The notes under the pieces are model-generated. The model was not told the DNA's origin, did no database searches, and was given only the letters and a program-made list of their open reading frames with translations. From a virus (Duplodnaviria; Caudoviricetes), in IMG/VR virus record IMGVR_UViG_3300020193_000033, positions 1-53,519 of that record: a stretch of DNA of 53,519 nucleotides; one strand, written 5' to 3'. This document shows positions 34,192 to 43,322 of this stretch, in pieces. Position numbers and translations under genes: made by a program. The first letter of the stretch is position 1, and every line of letters begins with the position of its first letter.

Positions 34192-34346
34192 TGTGTGAGC
34201 ATGTCTATAAAGACATGGATGAGGACATATGCACTCTATGCGGTAAGCTTACGCACAGAATAGATTGGAAGTTTCAGAACAAACTACATCGAGAATGGAG
34301 AGAAGCCAACCCAGGTGCCAAATATGGCGGCTGGTGGAGTATATGA
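34188..34346 (+). CDS. 52-aa Zn-binding protein
   Basis: CEH...CTLCG; ATGA overlaps at both ends. Confidence 0.6.
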   Translation: MMCEHVYKDMDEDICTLCGKLTHRIDWKFQNKLHREWREANPGAKYGGWWSI

Positions 34347-34663
34347 GTATTGATAGGCCTGCGTGGTATAGAAGGCTACATGCTATAGAGGCTCTTAATG
34401 AGGCAGATAAGCGTAGACGTTATGGCATACCTCCTGCTGAGGGCATCCTATTTATGGATCATGATGATGAGTGTGAGGAATGTTCTACTTACAGAGCGGA
34501 TGCTAGGCAGAATAAGGGATGGCTTAAAGAGCATGCCTCTCAGTCAGATAGGAAAACTAATTTAAATCATGGGTCTAAATGCGATAGCTGTAATGAGGGT
34601 ACAATTAATGATATGACCCGAAATGATCATTTTGGTACTGGAAGTGAAGAAGGAAAACAGTGA
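34343..34663 (+). CDS. Cys/His-rich hypothetical protein
   Basis: Start refined to MSIDRPAW; H..ECEEC and H..KCDSC. Confidence 0.6.
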   Translation: MSIDRPAWYRRLHAIEALNEADKRRRYGIPPAEGILFMDHDDECEECSTYRADARQNKGWLKEHASQSDRKTNLNHGSKCDSCNEGTINDMTRNDHFGTGSEEGKQ

Positions 34664-34767
34664 GTTCAGTAAAATTCGTGTGTTTTAACTGCGGAGTATC
34701 TAATAGAATACCCTTTGGAGATCCATTGAAATGTAAGGAGTGCGGGCATGAGCTCAGGAAGTTTTAA
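34660..34767 (+). CDS. 35-aa zinc ribbon
   Basis: CFNC...CKECGH; GTGA overlap, AAGGA RBS. Confidence 0.5.
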   Translation: MSSVKFVCFNCGVSNRIPFGDPLKCKECGHELRKF

Positions 34768-34897
34768 ACCACATCGCGGTTTTAATAAAACTCAAATTAA
34801 AGACGGCTGGATTGTGTATTTACGTAAGGACGGAACTATTAAAGCTCGTATTGAGCCGTATCCTCGTGAAAAGGTTGTAAAGAATGTCAAACCGTAA
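34748..34897 (+). CDS. 49-aa basic protein
   Basis: AAGGAG RBS; MSSGSFKPHRGFNKTQIKDGWIVYLRKDG... Confidence 0.6.
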   Translation: MSSGSFKPHRGFNKTQIKDGWIVYLRKDGTIKARIEPYPREKVVKNVKP

Positions 34898-35177
34898 AGT
34901 TGTAGCCAAAGGTAAAGCTTACAAGGGATCTAAGCAAAACGGTGGTCGTAAAATTATTGTTGAACATTACAAGGATTCTGAGGGTAAATGGCACACTACA
35001 TCTAAAAACGCTGCTCGTGATAAATATGAAAAAAAACACGGTAAACTATCTAAAGATACCGATGTAGATCATAAGAATAATAATCACGATGACGACAGCG
35101 ATAGTAATCTAAGACCCCTAAAACACGGAAAAAACACAGCTAAAGAAAACAAGAGACGAACAAGGAAAAAGAAATGA
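34884..35177 (+). CDS. HNH-motif protein
   Basis: DVDHKNNN...DSNLRPL.HGKN. Confidence 0.7.
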   Translation: MSNRKVVAKGKAYKGSKQNGGRKIIVEHYKDSEGKWHTTSKNAARDKYEKKHGKLSKDTDVDHKNNNHDDDSDSNLRPLKHGKNTAKENKRRTRKKK

Positions 35178-35323
35178 AAAAATTTGAATCAAATAAAGAT
35201 GAATCAGTAAATCTCCCAAAGAAAGCTTCTAGACCAGCACCCTTTGATGGTCCTTCTAAGCGTAGGGGCGGTTTAAAAGGAAACTATAAACCTGGAAAAG
35301 ATTTTAATAGAAGAAAGCATTAA
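35174..35323 (+). CDS. 49-aa basic protein
   Basis: ATGA overlap; ends just before the terminator. Confidence 0.55.
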   Translation: MKKFESNKDESVNLPKKASRPAPFDGPSKRRGGLKGNYKPGKDFNRRKH

Positions 35324-35324
35324 T

Positions 35325-35355
35325 AAAAAAGGCCGGGTTTCCCCGGCCTTTCTTT
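35325..35355. terminator. Bidirectional intrinsic terminator
   Basis: AAAAAAGGCCGGG-TTTC-CCCGGCCTTTCTTT between convergent genes. Confidence 0.85.
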
Positions 35356-35893
35356 AATTTGTTGGAAACTTTTCCAACCACTGCTCAATCTTTGGCTCTG
35401 ATGGATCGCCATCATGGGCGTATGGGCCATATCCCCAAGAACCCCAGTTAGTGCCTTTAGCGGTCATATAGAACACTGCTTTGGCATTTTCTACTGGATC
35501 AAACAGCTCGGTATTCTTTTTTAGACCAAATTTTTCTCTACGGTCATCTCCCAGAGAACCCAACATGTTAATCTGGAATATCCCATAAGAATCGTCTCCC
35601 GTTGCAAGATCGTCATTGTGCGCCTTTGGTCGTCCGTTAGACTCTTTCTTAGCTACAGCCCAAGCTATTTTAAGAGCTTTCCCCTCAAAACCTACTAGAG
35701 ATAAGAGATCTACCAATTCCTCATCTGTAAGGGTTTTGGCTTTTCTGTATTTATCTAGAGGATCCGCAGGAGCTTCTGCAGTTATAGTAACTGTAGCTCC
35801 ATCTATTCGACTTGCTAGTGCTGCAGGTATTCCTGCCAGTATCAGTGCGGCTATCCAAGAGGCTATATAACGTTGTTTTTCATTTTTTGGCAC
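35354..35893 (-). CDS. Lytic transglycosylase (SLT/lysozyme-like), exported
   Basis: Signal/TM N-terminus; AKKES catalytic Glu, SYGIFQIN, FDPVENAKA. Confidence 0.85.
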   Translation of the reverse strand: MPKNEKQRYIASWIAALILAGIPAALASRIDGATVTITAEAPADPLDKYRKAKTLTDEELVDLLSLVGFEGKALKIAWAVAKKESNGRPKAHNDDLATGDDSYGIFQINMLGSLGDDRREKFGLKKNTELFDPVENAKAVFYMTAKGTNWGSWGYGPYAHDGDPSEPKIEQWLEKFPTN

Positions 35894-36068
35894 TCGTTCT
35901 CCTAGGCTCGAGAGCCAGTCCTAACTCTATGTGTCTGTCACTCACACTGAGCAATTCGGCCTCTTTCTGCCGAATTCGGTCTGCAACTCTTTTGTTACGG
36001 AGGTGCTAATGGCCGGTTTTACCCGGCCACAGGTAATACCATACCAGTAAATACACACTACATGTCAA
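35894..36068 (-). promoter_or_regulatory. SigA-like promoter and structured 5' leader of the transglycosylase gene
   Basis: TTGACA (36068-63), 19-nt spacer, TATGGT (36043-38) with an upstream TG; several leader hairpins. Confidence 0.55.
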
Positions 36069-36124
36069 CCGCAACCCGATATAATATTCTTTATCGAATC
36101 GTTATAGAAAATGGACTATGATTA

Positions 36125-36391
36125 ATGAGAGTTGAGCGTATAGCTACAAAACAAGGACATCCGGTGCCAGAAGTTGCTACGCAACCTAAGGGTCCATTTC
36201 CACAAGAATTGTTTCAACGACCAGAAGTTGTAGTTGACTACGATCCTTATGATGGAGGCGGAGAATCCGCTGTTGGTGGAACTGCACAAAACAACTTTGC
36301 AGCTATGAAATACTTTAGATGCAAAGATTGTCAAAAAGTCATGAGCGAACGGGAGACATATGAGCACAGCTGCCAGGTTGATAATGGCTAA
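36125..36391 (+). CDS. Small Zn-finger protein
   Basis: FRCKDC...HSC. Confidence 0.7.
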   Translation: MRVERIATKQGHPVPEVATQPKGPFPQELFQRPEVVVDYDPYDGGGESAVGGTAQNNFAAMKYFRCKDCQKVMSERETYEHSCQVDNG

Positions 36392-36692
36392 GCCTCGTAG
36401 TATTAAATCTATATACTGGCATCCGCTGATTTACCCAATAAAGCCGCCAGTATTATGGGAAACAGCAGAAACGCAAGAGATTGAAGAGCCGTATCGGTTT
36501 GGAAAAGGATTTGCGGTAAGATTCCCTCTAACTAGAGCTGCTTTAGTTGTAGGCAAGTGGATATCTAGATACGATGAAAGTCAAGCATTAACAAACGCCA
36601 TTCGTGGCAGGATAATGACGGAAGATGAGGTGGATTGGGATTATGTTCGGTTTGGGGGGCAAGAAAATCAAACAAGAGAGACAGAAGACTAA
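36384..36692 (+). CDS. Hypothetical protein
   Basis: Start refined to MAKPRSI. Confidence 0.7.
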   Translation: MAKPRSIKSIYWHPLIYPIKPPVLWETAETQEIEEPYRFGKGFAVRFPLTRAALVVGKWISRYDESQALTNAIRGRIMTEDEVDWDYVRFGGQENQTRETED

Positions 36693-36891
36693 AGTAGAAC
36701 GGCGAGTTGAGTCGTTACCTACTTCTGAATTACTGCAGTGGGCAGAACAAGCGTTGTATCCAATTGGACGAAACCTATCGTCATGGCAAAAAACCAATGA
36801 AGAAGTTTATTTGGAAGAGGCTAGATTGAACGCGGAAGTTATTTACGTCATAGTAGATACTATATCCAAGAGGCAAAATGCAAGATTTTAA
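36643..36891 (+). CDS. Small helical protein upstream of terminase
   Basis: Start refined to MFGLGGKK; overlaps the terminase start. Confidence 0.65.
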   Translation: MFGLGGKKIKQERQKTKVERRVESLPTSELLQWAEQALYPIGRNLSSWQKTNEEVYLEEARLNAEVIYVIVDTISKRQNARF

Positions 36892-38458
36892 TAAAGACCA
36901 ATTTGAAGAGCTAGGAGAAGAGCTAGACTTTGAAGAAGAAGAGCTGCAGGACGAGGAAGAAGAACAGCTAGATGAGCTCTCTAGAGAGTTTGTTAATCTT
37001 CTTATAGAAAAAATAGTTCAATTTATGGCAATGCTGGTTGGACACCAGCTACACCCCTATCAAATGCCTCTAGCTAGACGAGTAATAGAATCTGTAATTA
37101 TAAACGATGGTGAAGAAGTAACCGCTCTTGCCGCACGTCAGTCTGGTAAATCAGAGACTATTGCTAATACCGTGGCTACGCTTATGGTTATTCTTCCACG
37201 CCTTGCAAAGATGTACCCAGATCTTTTAGGTAAGTTTGGAGACGGTATTTGGGTGGGAATGTTTGCTCCTATCCAATCACAGGTAGAAACCTTGTACGGT
37301 AGAACAGTTTCCCGTTTGACTAGCCAACGTGCTTTAGAAGTCCTTGGAGATCCAGAAATAGATGACATACCAACTAAAACTCCAGGTATTGTAAAAAATA
37401 TAAAGCTTAAGAACTCTGGCTCTACGCTAATGATGATGACCGCTAACCCACGAGCTAAGATCGAATCTAAGTCCTTCCACTTAATTATTATTGATGAGTG
37501 TCAAGATGCTGACGATTTCGTAGTTTCTAAGTCTATTGCTCCTATGGGTGCGTACTACAACGCCACTCTAGTAAAGACTGGAACCCCAACTACAATCAAA
37601 AACAACTTCTACAGAGCTATTCAATTAAACAAACGACGTCAAACTTCTAGGTCAGCTAAGCAGAATCATTTTCAATGGGATTGGAAAGACGTTGCTAAGT
37701 TCAACCTTAACTATGAAAAATTCATTAAAAAAGAAATACTACGCATCGGAGAGGATTCAGATGAGTTCCAGCTATCGTATAACTGTAAATGGCTTTTGGA
37801 AAGGGGCATGTTCGTTACCTCGTCTATTATGGACAACCTTGGTGACACGTCCCAAGAGTTGGTTAAGAGCTGGCATAGGTCGCCAGTTGTGGTCGGAATC
37901 GACCCCGCAAGAAAGATGGACTCTACAGTTGTTACTGTTGTCTGGGTCGATTGGGATAGGCCTGATGAATTTGGTTATTATGATCATCGTGTTCTTAATT
38001 GGCTAGAGATGCAGGGAGATGATTGGGAAGAGCAATACTTTCAAATAGTTAACTTCTTAGAAAATTATGATGTTTTAGCTATTGGTGTAGATGCAAACGG
38101 AGTAGGCGACGCTGTAGCAAGCCGTATGAAAATACTTATGCCTAGAGCTGAGGTTATTTCAATTACCTCTAGCCCATCAGAGCAATCTAGACGTTGGAAA
38201 CACTTGCAGGCCCTAATTCAACGACAGATGGTTTCTTGGCCTGCCCATGCAAAAACCCGTCGTCTGCGTCTTTGGAAGAAATTTCACCAGCAAATGTCAG
38301 ATGCTGAAGTCAAATACAGGGGGGCTAACTTTTCCGTAGCTGCCCCTGACGAAGCTCATGCTCACGACGATTTTGTAGACTCTTTAGCACTTGCCTGCTC
38401 ATTAACCCAGGATATGGTTATGCCTACGGTGGAGGTTAGCTCCTCCCCATTTTTTTAA
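36878..38458 (+). CDS. terL: Terminase large subunit
   Basis: Q motif HPYQ, Walker A ARQSGKS, Walker B IIIDECQ, TGTP, nuclease GIDPA and HDDFVDS. Confidence 0.95.
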   Translation: MQDFNKDQFEELGEELDFEEEELQDEEEEQLDELSREFVNLLIEKIVQFMAMLVGHQLHPYQMPLARRVIESVIINDGEEVTALAARQSGKSETIANTVATLMVILPRLAKMYPDLLGKFGDGIWVGMFAPIQSQVETLYGRTVSRLTSQRALEVLGDPEIDDIPTKTPGIVKNIKLKNSGSTLMMMTANPRAKIESKSFHLIIIDECQDADDFVVSKSIAPMGAYYNATLVKTGTPTTIKNNFYRAIQLNKRRQTSRSAKQNHFQWDWKDVAKFNLNYEKFIKKEILRIGEDSDEFQLSYNCKWLLERGMFVTSSIMDNLGDTSQELVKSWHRSPVVVGIDPARKMDSTVVTVVWVDWDRPDEFGYYDHRVLNWLEMQGDDWEEQYFQIVNFLENYDVLAIGVDANGVGDAVASRMKILMPRAEVISITSSPSEQSRRWKHLQALIQRQMVSWPAHAKTRRLRLWKKFHQQMSDAEVKYRGANFSVAAPDEAHAHDDFVDSLALACSLTQDMVMPTVEVSSSPFF

Positions 38459-38540
38459 GGTTTAGATACCTAAATGTCTAAATTAGGCCGATACTTTTAC
38501 CTGAGGAACCTCAACTCAACACCCTATAGGAGAAATAAAC

Positions 38541-38948
38541 ATGGCAGTGAATAACATCGCACCAGCCCCTCAGTTCCCTGAGAAGGTTGGCGCAAATTAT
38601 GAACGCAAAATGTCTCCTGCAACTCCGGGAATGCGTGGTCCGCTACGCTTTGAAGAAGGCGTTGCAACAGACACAGATATCCCAAATGACTTTCAAGTGG
38701 GATTGGATCAGGGGTATGACGTACCACCTACCCGTCCAAATCACAACATGAATGTCATGGAGAAGTATCCTGAAGAGACAATGAAACAACGCGCCCACGT
38801 CGGCTCAGCCGCATGGGTAGAAGGTCCAGCATACGTCAATGAATTTTCACAAGGCGGATATGGAGATCACTCTCAGGTCGAAATTGAAGAAGTCATTCGT
38901 TCAGGTGCTCGCTATCAGCGTGTAAACCCTGCACAGGTAGCTGACTAA
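38541..38948 (+). CDS. Hypothetical head-region protein
   Basis: AGGAG RBS; lies between terminase and portal. Confidence 0.75.
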   Translation: MAVNNIAPAPQFPEKVGANYERKMSPATPGMRGPLRFEEGVATDTDIPNDFQVGLDQGYDVPPTRPNHNMNVMEKYPEETMKQRAHVGSAAWVEGPAYVNEFSQGGYGDHSQVEIEEVIRSGARYQRVNPAQVAD

Positions 38949-38960
38949 TACAGTAGACTA

Positions 38961-39003
38961 TAGGTTCCCAGCCTCGTATTCCCTTCTCCGGGGCTGGGGC
39001 CTA
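38961..39003 (+). terminator. Long hairpin, probable terminator or processing stem
   Basis: TAGGTTCCCAGCCTCG / CGGGGCTGGGGCCTA followed by ATTT. Confidence 0.55.
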
Positions 39004-39033
39004 ATTTAATATTAAACAAATAAGGATGAGGTA

Positions 39034-40752
39034 ATGGCTGGCGGAATAGATTTTTCACCCCCAAGTTATAGAGCAGCATCCTCTGATTTAACAATCTCAA
39101 TTTCTCCACTTGGATTAGTGGAATTAGCAGATGAAGAATTTGAAGTTCACGGCCCACGCCTAAATCGTTACTCTCTTAACTGGGCAATGTACCTTGGTCA
39201 TCACTGGTCATATCGTCGTGAGATCGGTGAAGCTCAAATGGTTTATAACTATTACAGAGCGTTTACAGATTACATAATTAATTTTACTTTTGGCAGAGGC
39301 GTACAGTTTAGAAGCCCTGCAGCTACAGAAGCTGTTATCCCAGATATTTTAAAAAGAGTTTGGGAAGTAGACAACGATAGAAGCTCTATTCTTTGGGAAA
39401 TGGGACAGCAAGGCGGAGTCTCAGGAGATTGTTTTGTTAAAGTAGCTTACGAAGAAGCTTACGTTGATCCTATTGGTCGCGCTAACCCAGGTAAGGTACG
39501 CATTCTTCCGCTAAACGCTTCTTTTTGTTTTCCAGAGTTTCATCCACACGATCGTTCCCGCCTAATTCGTTTTAAGCTTAAGTATCGTTTCTGGGGCACA
39601 TCTGCAGAAGGTACTCGTCAGGTTTATACCTATACTGAAATTCTTACTGATGATCGCATTGAAGAGTATATCAATGACGAGATGATTGACTCACGCCCTA
39701 ATCCAATTGGCATAGTTCCTATCGTCCATATTCCAAATGTGCGTATTTCTGGATCTCCTTGGGGTCTTTCTGATTGCCACGACATTATCGTCTTAAATAG
39801 AAATTACAATGAGGTAGCAACAGATATCGCAGACATCATTAACTACCACTCTGCTCCAGTTACCGTTATTATCGGTGCTAAGGCGTCTTCTCTAGAAAAG
39901 GGTCCTAAGAAGGTTTGGGGCGGTCTTCCAAAAGATGCTCAAGTATTTAACCTAGAAGGTGGCGGTTCAGGCTTAGCGGGCGGTCTACAGTATCTAGAAA
40001 CTGTTAAAAGAGCTATGCACGAAATGGTAGGAGTTCCAGAGACAGCTCTAGGTCAAGTACAGCCAATCTCTAATACCTCCGGAGTTGCTCTTTCAATTCA
40101 ATATCAGCCGTTGATGAATCGTTATAATCAAAAGCTTATTCAATACGGCGAAGGCATACAGAAGATTAATAGCCTAGTTCTTAAGACTCTTGCCTTTAAA
40201 GAGCCAGAAGTCTTTATCTATAACCCAATGGTTAATGGTCCTATCAAGAACTACCAGCTTCCAGCTTTAGATTTAAACAGCCCAACAACTTTTGAAAGCA
40301 CAGTTTACTTCCCACAACCACTACCTCTAGACAAGTTGATAGTATTAAGTGAAATTGAACGGAAGATGCAGCTGGGCCTAGAAAGCCGTGAAGGAGCTTT
40401 GCGTCACTTAGGCGAAGAGTTTCCAGACGAGAAGCTTGAAGAAATTAGAGCCGAGCTCATTTCTGACGCTAAGGCTGATGGGGCTATCCAGCTAGTACGT
40501 AATCAAATTGCTTCGTCCATTGCTTCTTTAACAGGCATCCTTCCAAACGGAGAGGCACCCCCAGGATTAAAGCCTGGAGACGGTACCGGCCCTGGTCCAT
40601 TTGGACAACCTGGGGTTGTAAGTCCAGCAGAGGGAGTAGTTTTAACTGAGCTAGCCCAACTACAGGCTGAGCTGGTAACCGAAGCGTACGGCACTAAAAT
40701 GCCTATGCGTCGTACTCCAGATGAAAAATACCCAGATCAGTCTATAGGATAA
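39034..40752 (+). CDS. Portal protein (SPP1 gp6-like)
   Basis: Position after terL; NYYRAFTD, NPIGIVPIVHIPN, SGVAL motifs. Confidence 0.88.
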   Translation: MAGGIDFSPPSYRAASSDLTISISPLGLVELADEEFEVHGPRLNRYSLNWAMYLGHHWSYRREIGEAQMVYNYYRAFTDYIINFTFGRGVQFRSPAATEAVIPDILKRVWEVDNDRSSILWEMGQQGGVSGDCFVKVAYEEAYVDPIGRANPGKVRILPLNASFCFPEFHPHDRSRLIRFKLKYRFWGTSAEGTRQVYTYTEILTDDRIEEYINDEMIDSRPNPIGIVPIVHIPNVRISGSPWGLSDCHDIIVLNRNYNEVATDIADIINYHSAPVTVIIGAKASSLEKGPKKVWGGLPKDAQVFNLEGGGSGLAGGLQYLETVKRAMHEMVGVPETALGQVQPISNTSGVALSIQYQPLMNRYNQKLIQYGEGIQKINSLVLKTLAFKEPEVFIYNPMVNGPIKNYQLPALDLNSPTTFESTVYFPQPLPLDKLIVLSEIERKMQLGLESREGALRHLGEEFPDEKLEEIRAELISDAKADGAIQLVRNQIASSIASLTGILPNGEAPPGLKPGDGTGPGPFGQPGVVSPAEGVVLTELAQLQAELVTEAYGTKMPMRRTPDEKYPDQSIG

Positions 40753-40869
40753 AACACTAGATTTAGGCAGACAAATTGACAAAAGTTTGCCAGCCTAATA
40801 CCACCAATAAATCCGCAGGTCATCGTGGCACTAAATCGGACAACGACCTCCAAAACCTAAGGGACAACC

Positions 40870-41643
40870 ATGGCAGAAACAACGAATATCGTTGATGCTC
40901 CAGACGTCAAAGATGCATTTTTAACTGACGTTCCGGCAGCAACGGAAACTAAAGCAGAACCCGCTGTAAGTGAAGTTAACGAAAAAACTTACACAGAATT
41001 AGATCTAAAAAGAGTGCGGGAGCAAGAGAAGTCAAAGCTCTACCCTCAAATAGATTCGCTTAAAGAAGAGCTCGCCTTGCTTAAAAAGGAACGAGAAGAG
41101 CGATTGGCAGAGGCAGAACGCCAAAAGGCTGAAGCGGAAGCTGAGGCAAGGCGCAAGGCTGAGTCAGAAATGGATGTACGCCAACTTCTTGAAGCTAAGG
41201 AAAAAGAGTGGCAGCAAAAGCTAGAAGAAGAGAAATTAGAGCGTGAACGCACGTTTGCTCTACTCCAGAGAGAGCGTCAGTATGCGGAAGTCACCGAATA
41301 CCGCAATCGTCGCCTCGAAGAAGAGCGGGATAACATCATCCCAGAGCTCGTAGACCTGATCTCAGGAAATAATCCTGAAGAGATCGAACAAAGTATTGCA
41401 GGGTTGCGTGAAAGATCTTCACGAATTCTGGAATCGGCGCAGACTGCTATGCAGAATGCCCGTAAAGAAATGACAGGCAGCCGGGTAACCGCGCCGCCGA
41501 CCGGACCGATGGACACTAATTTGGAGCAAAATCAGTTAACGGCAGAACAAATATCCGCCATGTCGGTTACCGAATACGCAAAACACCGATCTAAGCTACT
41601 TGGAAAAGCAGCAAACGATCGAAATAAGGGAATCTTCGGGTAG
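40870..41643 (+). CDS. Capsid scaffolding protein
   Basis: E/K/R-rich coiled coil directly upstream of the capsid gene; C-terminal MS..EY...R. Confidence 0.82.
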   Translation: MAETTNIVDAPDVKDAFLTDVPAATETKAEPAVSEVNEKTYTELDLKRVREQEKSKLYPQIDSLKEELALLKKEREERLAEAERQKAEAEAEARRKAESEMDVRQLLEAKEKEWQQKLEEEKLERERTFALLQRERQYAEVTEYRNRRLEEERDNIIPELVDLISGNNPEEIEQSIAGLRERSSRILESAQTAMQNARKEMTGSRVTAPPTGPMDTNLEQNQLTAEQISAMSVTEYAKHRSKLLGKAANDRNKGIFG

Positions 41644-41686
41644 TAATACCTATCTAACAACTTAATAACTAAGGAGAAAACCGACT

Positions 41687-42763
41687 ATGGCATCAGCCGT
41701 AACAGGTACCGGCAATTTAGCTGCCGCACCTACCGCGTACTCTGGTTCTAACAGCCAGTTGACGCAAGCAATCCAAACAATCTGGTCAAAGGAAATTCTT
41801 TTCCAGTCGATGCCAATCCTCCGCTTTGAACAGTTCGCTGTTAAGAAGACAGAGCTTGGCGTTGCACCTGGTCTCCAGATTAACTTTATGCGTTACAACA
41901 ACTTAGGTTTTGCATCAGCACTTGTTGAAGGTGTTCGTATGCAGACCAACGCATTGACCGCACAGCAGTTCTCTATTACCGTTGCAGAGCAGGGCTATGC
42001 AATTGCAGTATCTGAACTCTTGCTCAATGCTTCTTTTGATGACGTAATGGCTTCGGCTTCACGTCTTCTTGGCCGTAATATGGCCCTCTATCTTGATGGC
42101 CAGGCTCGTGACACACTCATGGCAGCATCTTCCGTTATCTACGGTTATGATCGTTCTGCTAACACTGCTGTTAACGACTGGTATACCTCAGGAACCGTTG
42201 GAACTAACCGCGCTTCTTTGACTGGTAACTTCAATTTAACAACATCAACAGTTAAGGACGCTGTTGAGACCCTCGCAACCAAGAACATTCCAAGGCTTGG
42301 AGAGACTTACGTTGCGTTTATTCACCCACACCAGAGCCGTCGTCTTCGTGATCTCCCAGAGTTCATTGAAGTAACCAAATACGCTGCTCCAGGTAACTTC
42401 ATGCTCGGTGAGATTGGTCGTTTGTACGACACAGTCTTCATTGAGACCACTCAGATCCAGAAGGTAACAAACGGTGCAGGCACAGGTTATTCTGCAGACA
42501 CCGACGTTGCTGCTGGCTCCATTGTCTACCCAACTGGTGGAGGTTATACCACCCCAGTAACAAAGACCGGTAACGGTAATAAGGATCGCTACACCGCGAT
42601 CTTCATTGGTGACAATGCATTTGGTCACGCGATCTCTCTTCCAGTCGAACTCCGCGATGGCGGTATTCTTGACTTCGGTCGTGAGCACGCTCTTGCTTGG
42701 TACGCTATTTACGGTCTTGGTCTAATTACTGACCAGTCTGTAGTCTTGGCAGAAACCAACTAA
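41687..42763 (+). CDS. Major capsid protein (N4-gp56-like, HK97 fold)
   Basis: LVEGV, EQG.AI.VSE, YVAFIHP, GEIGRLY..VFIET; strong AAGGAG RBS. Confidence 0.92.
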   Translation: MASAVTGTGNLAAAPTAYSGSNSQLTQAIQTIWSKEILFQSMPILRFEQFAVKKTELGVAPGLQINFMRYNNLGFASALVEGVRMQTNALTAQQFSITVAEQGYAIAVSELLLNASFDDVMASASRLLGRNMALYLDGQARDTLMAASSVIYGYDRSANTAVNDWYTSGTVGTNRASLTGNFNLTTSTVKDAVETLATKNIPRLGETYVAFIHPHQSRRLRDLPEFIEVTKYAAPGNFMLGEIGRLYDTVFIETTQIQKVTNGAGTGYSADTDVAAGSIVYPTGGGYTTPVTKTGNGNKDRYTAIFIGDNAFGHAISLPVELRDGGILDFGREHALAWYAIYGLGLITDQSVVLAETN

Positions 42764-42775
42764 TTTAGTAGTACA

Positions 42776-42797
42776 GGGGGCGGGTTTTCCCGCCCCC
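42776..42797 (+). terminator. GC hairpin after the capsid gene
   Basis: GGGGGCGGG-TTTT-CCCGCCCCC with no U-tract. Confidence 0.55.
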
Positions 42798-42823
42798 ACA
42801 CAACCTATAGGAGAATAATAATC

Positions 42824-43192
42824 GTGGCAAAAGCAAAAGTAACAGACGTCACAGGACGTCAGCGTGAAGAACAACTTAAAGCTCACGCAGAAGAGCTAGC
42901 ACGACGTGCTGGCGAAATGTCAATGGCAACTCAGGCTGCTGCAGCTCGTCTAGAGACAGAAGTTGTAGATGTAACTAAAAATCCTGATTCGCCAACAATA
43001 CTTGATGAGATTGAATCAGTGGGCGTTACCATGGCGGATGATGCACAAGTTGTCCGTGTAGCCGAAGATCTAGAACACGTAACTATCGGCGTAGGCAAAC
43101 ACTATACTTTCAAAGCCGGTCAAAAATACAAAGTACCTAAGCATGTAGCTCAACACCTACAAGAAAAGGGCTATTTGTACGAACGGCTCTAA
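42824..43192 (+). CDS. Hypothetical head-associated protein
   Basis: AGGAG RBS, GTG start; YKVPKHVAQHL.EKG. Confidence 0.75.
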   Translation: MAKAKVTDVTGRQREEQLKAHAEELARRAGEMSMATQAAAARLETEVVDVTKNPDSPTILDEIESVGVTMADDAQVVRVAEDLEHVTIGVGKHYTFKAGQKYKVPKHVAQHLQEKGYLYERL

Positions 43193-43206
43193 TTTAAACT
43201 AAAGTT

Positions 43207-43255
43207 GCCCACTCCGACGAAGACACGCCCTCCTAGTCGGGGTGGGTCTTTATTT
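43207..43255 (+). terminator. Terminator hairpin
   Basis: GCCCACTCCGAC / GTCGGGGTGGGT followed by CTTTATTT. Confidence 0.65.
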
Positions 43256-43322
43256 ACCCTGCGTATTTCTAATCTTCTTGAGATTATAGGATGCCGGTTT
43301 ACCAAGATAGATGCGAGGATTA

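Noticed and set aside
35894-36030. c-di-AMP (ydaO) riboswitch call
   Set aside because: The gene context fits, but I cannot find the ydaO consensus segments; kept only as an unknown leader.
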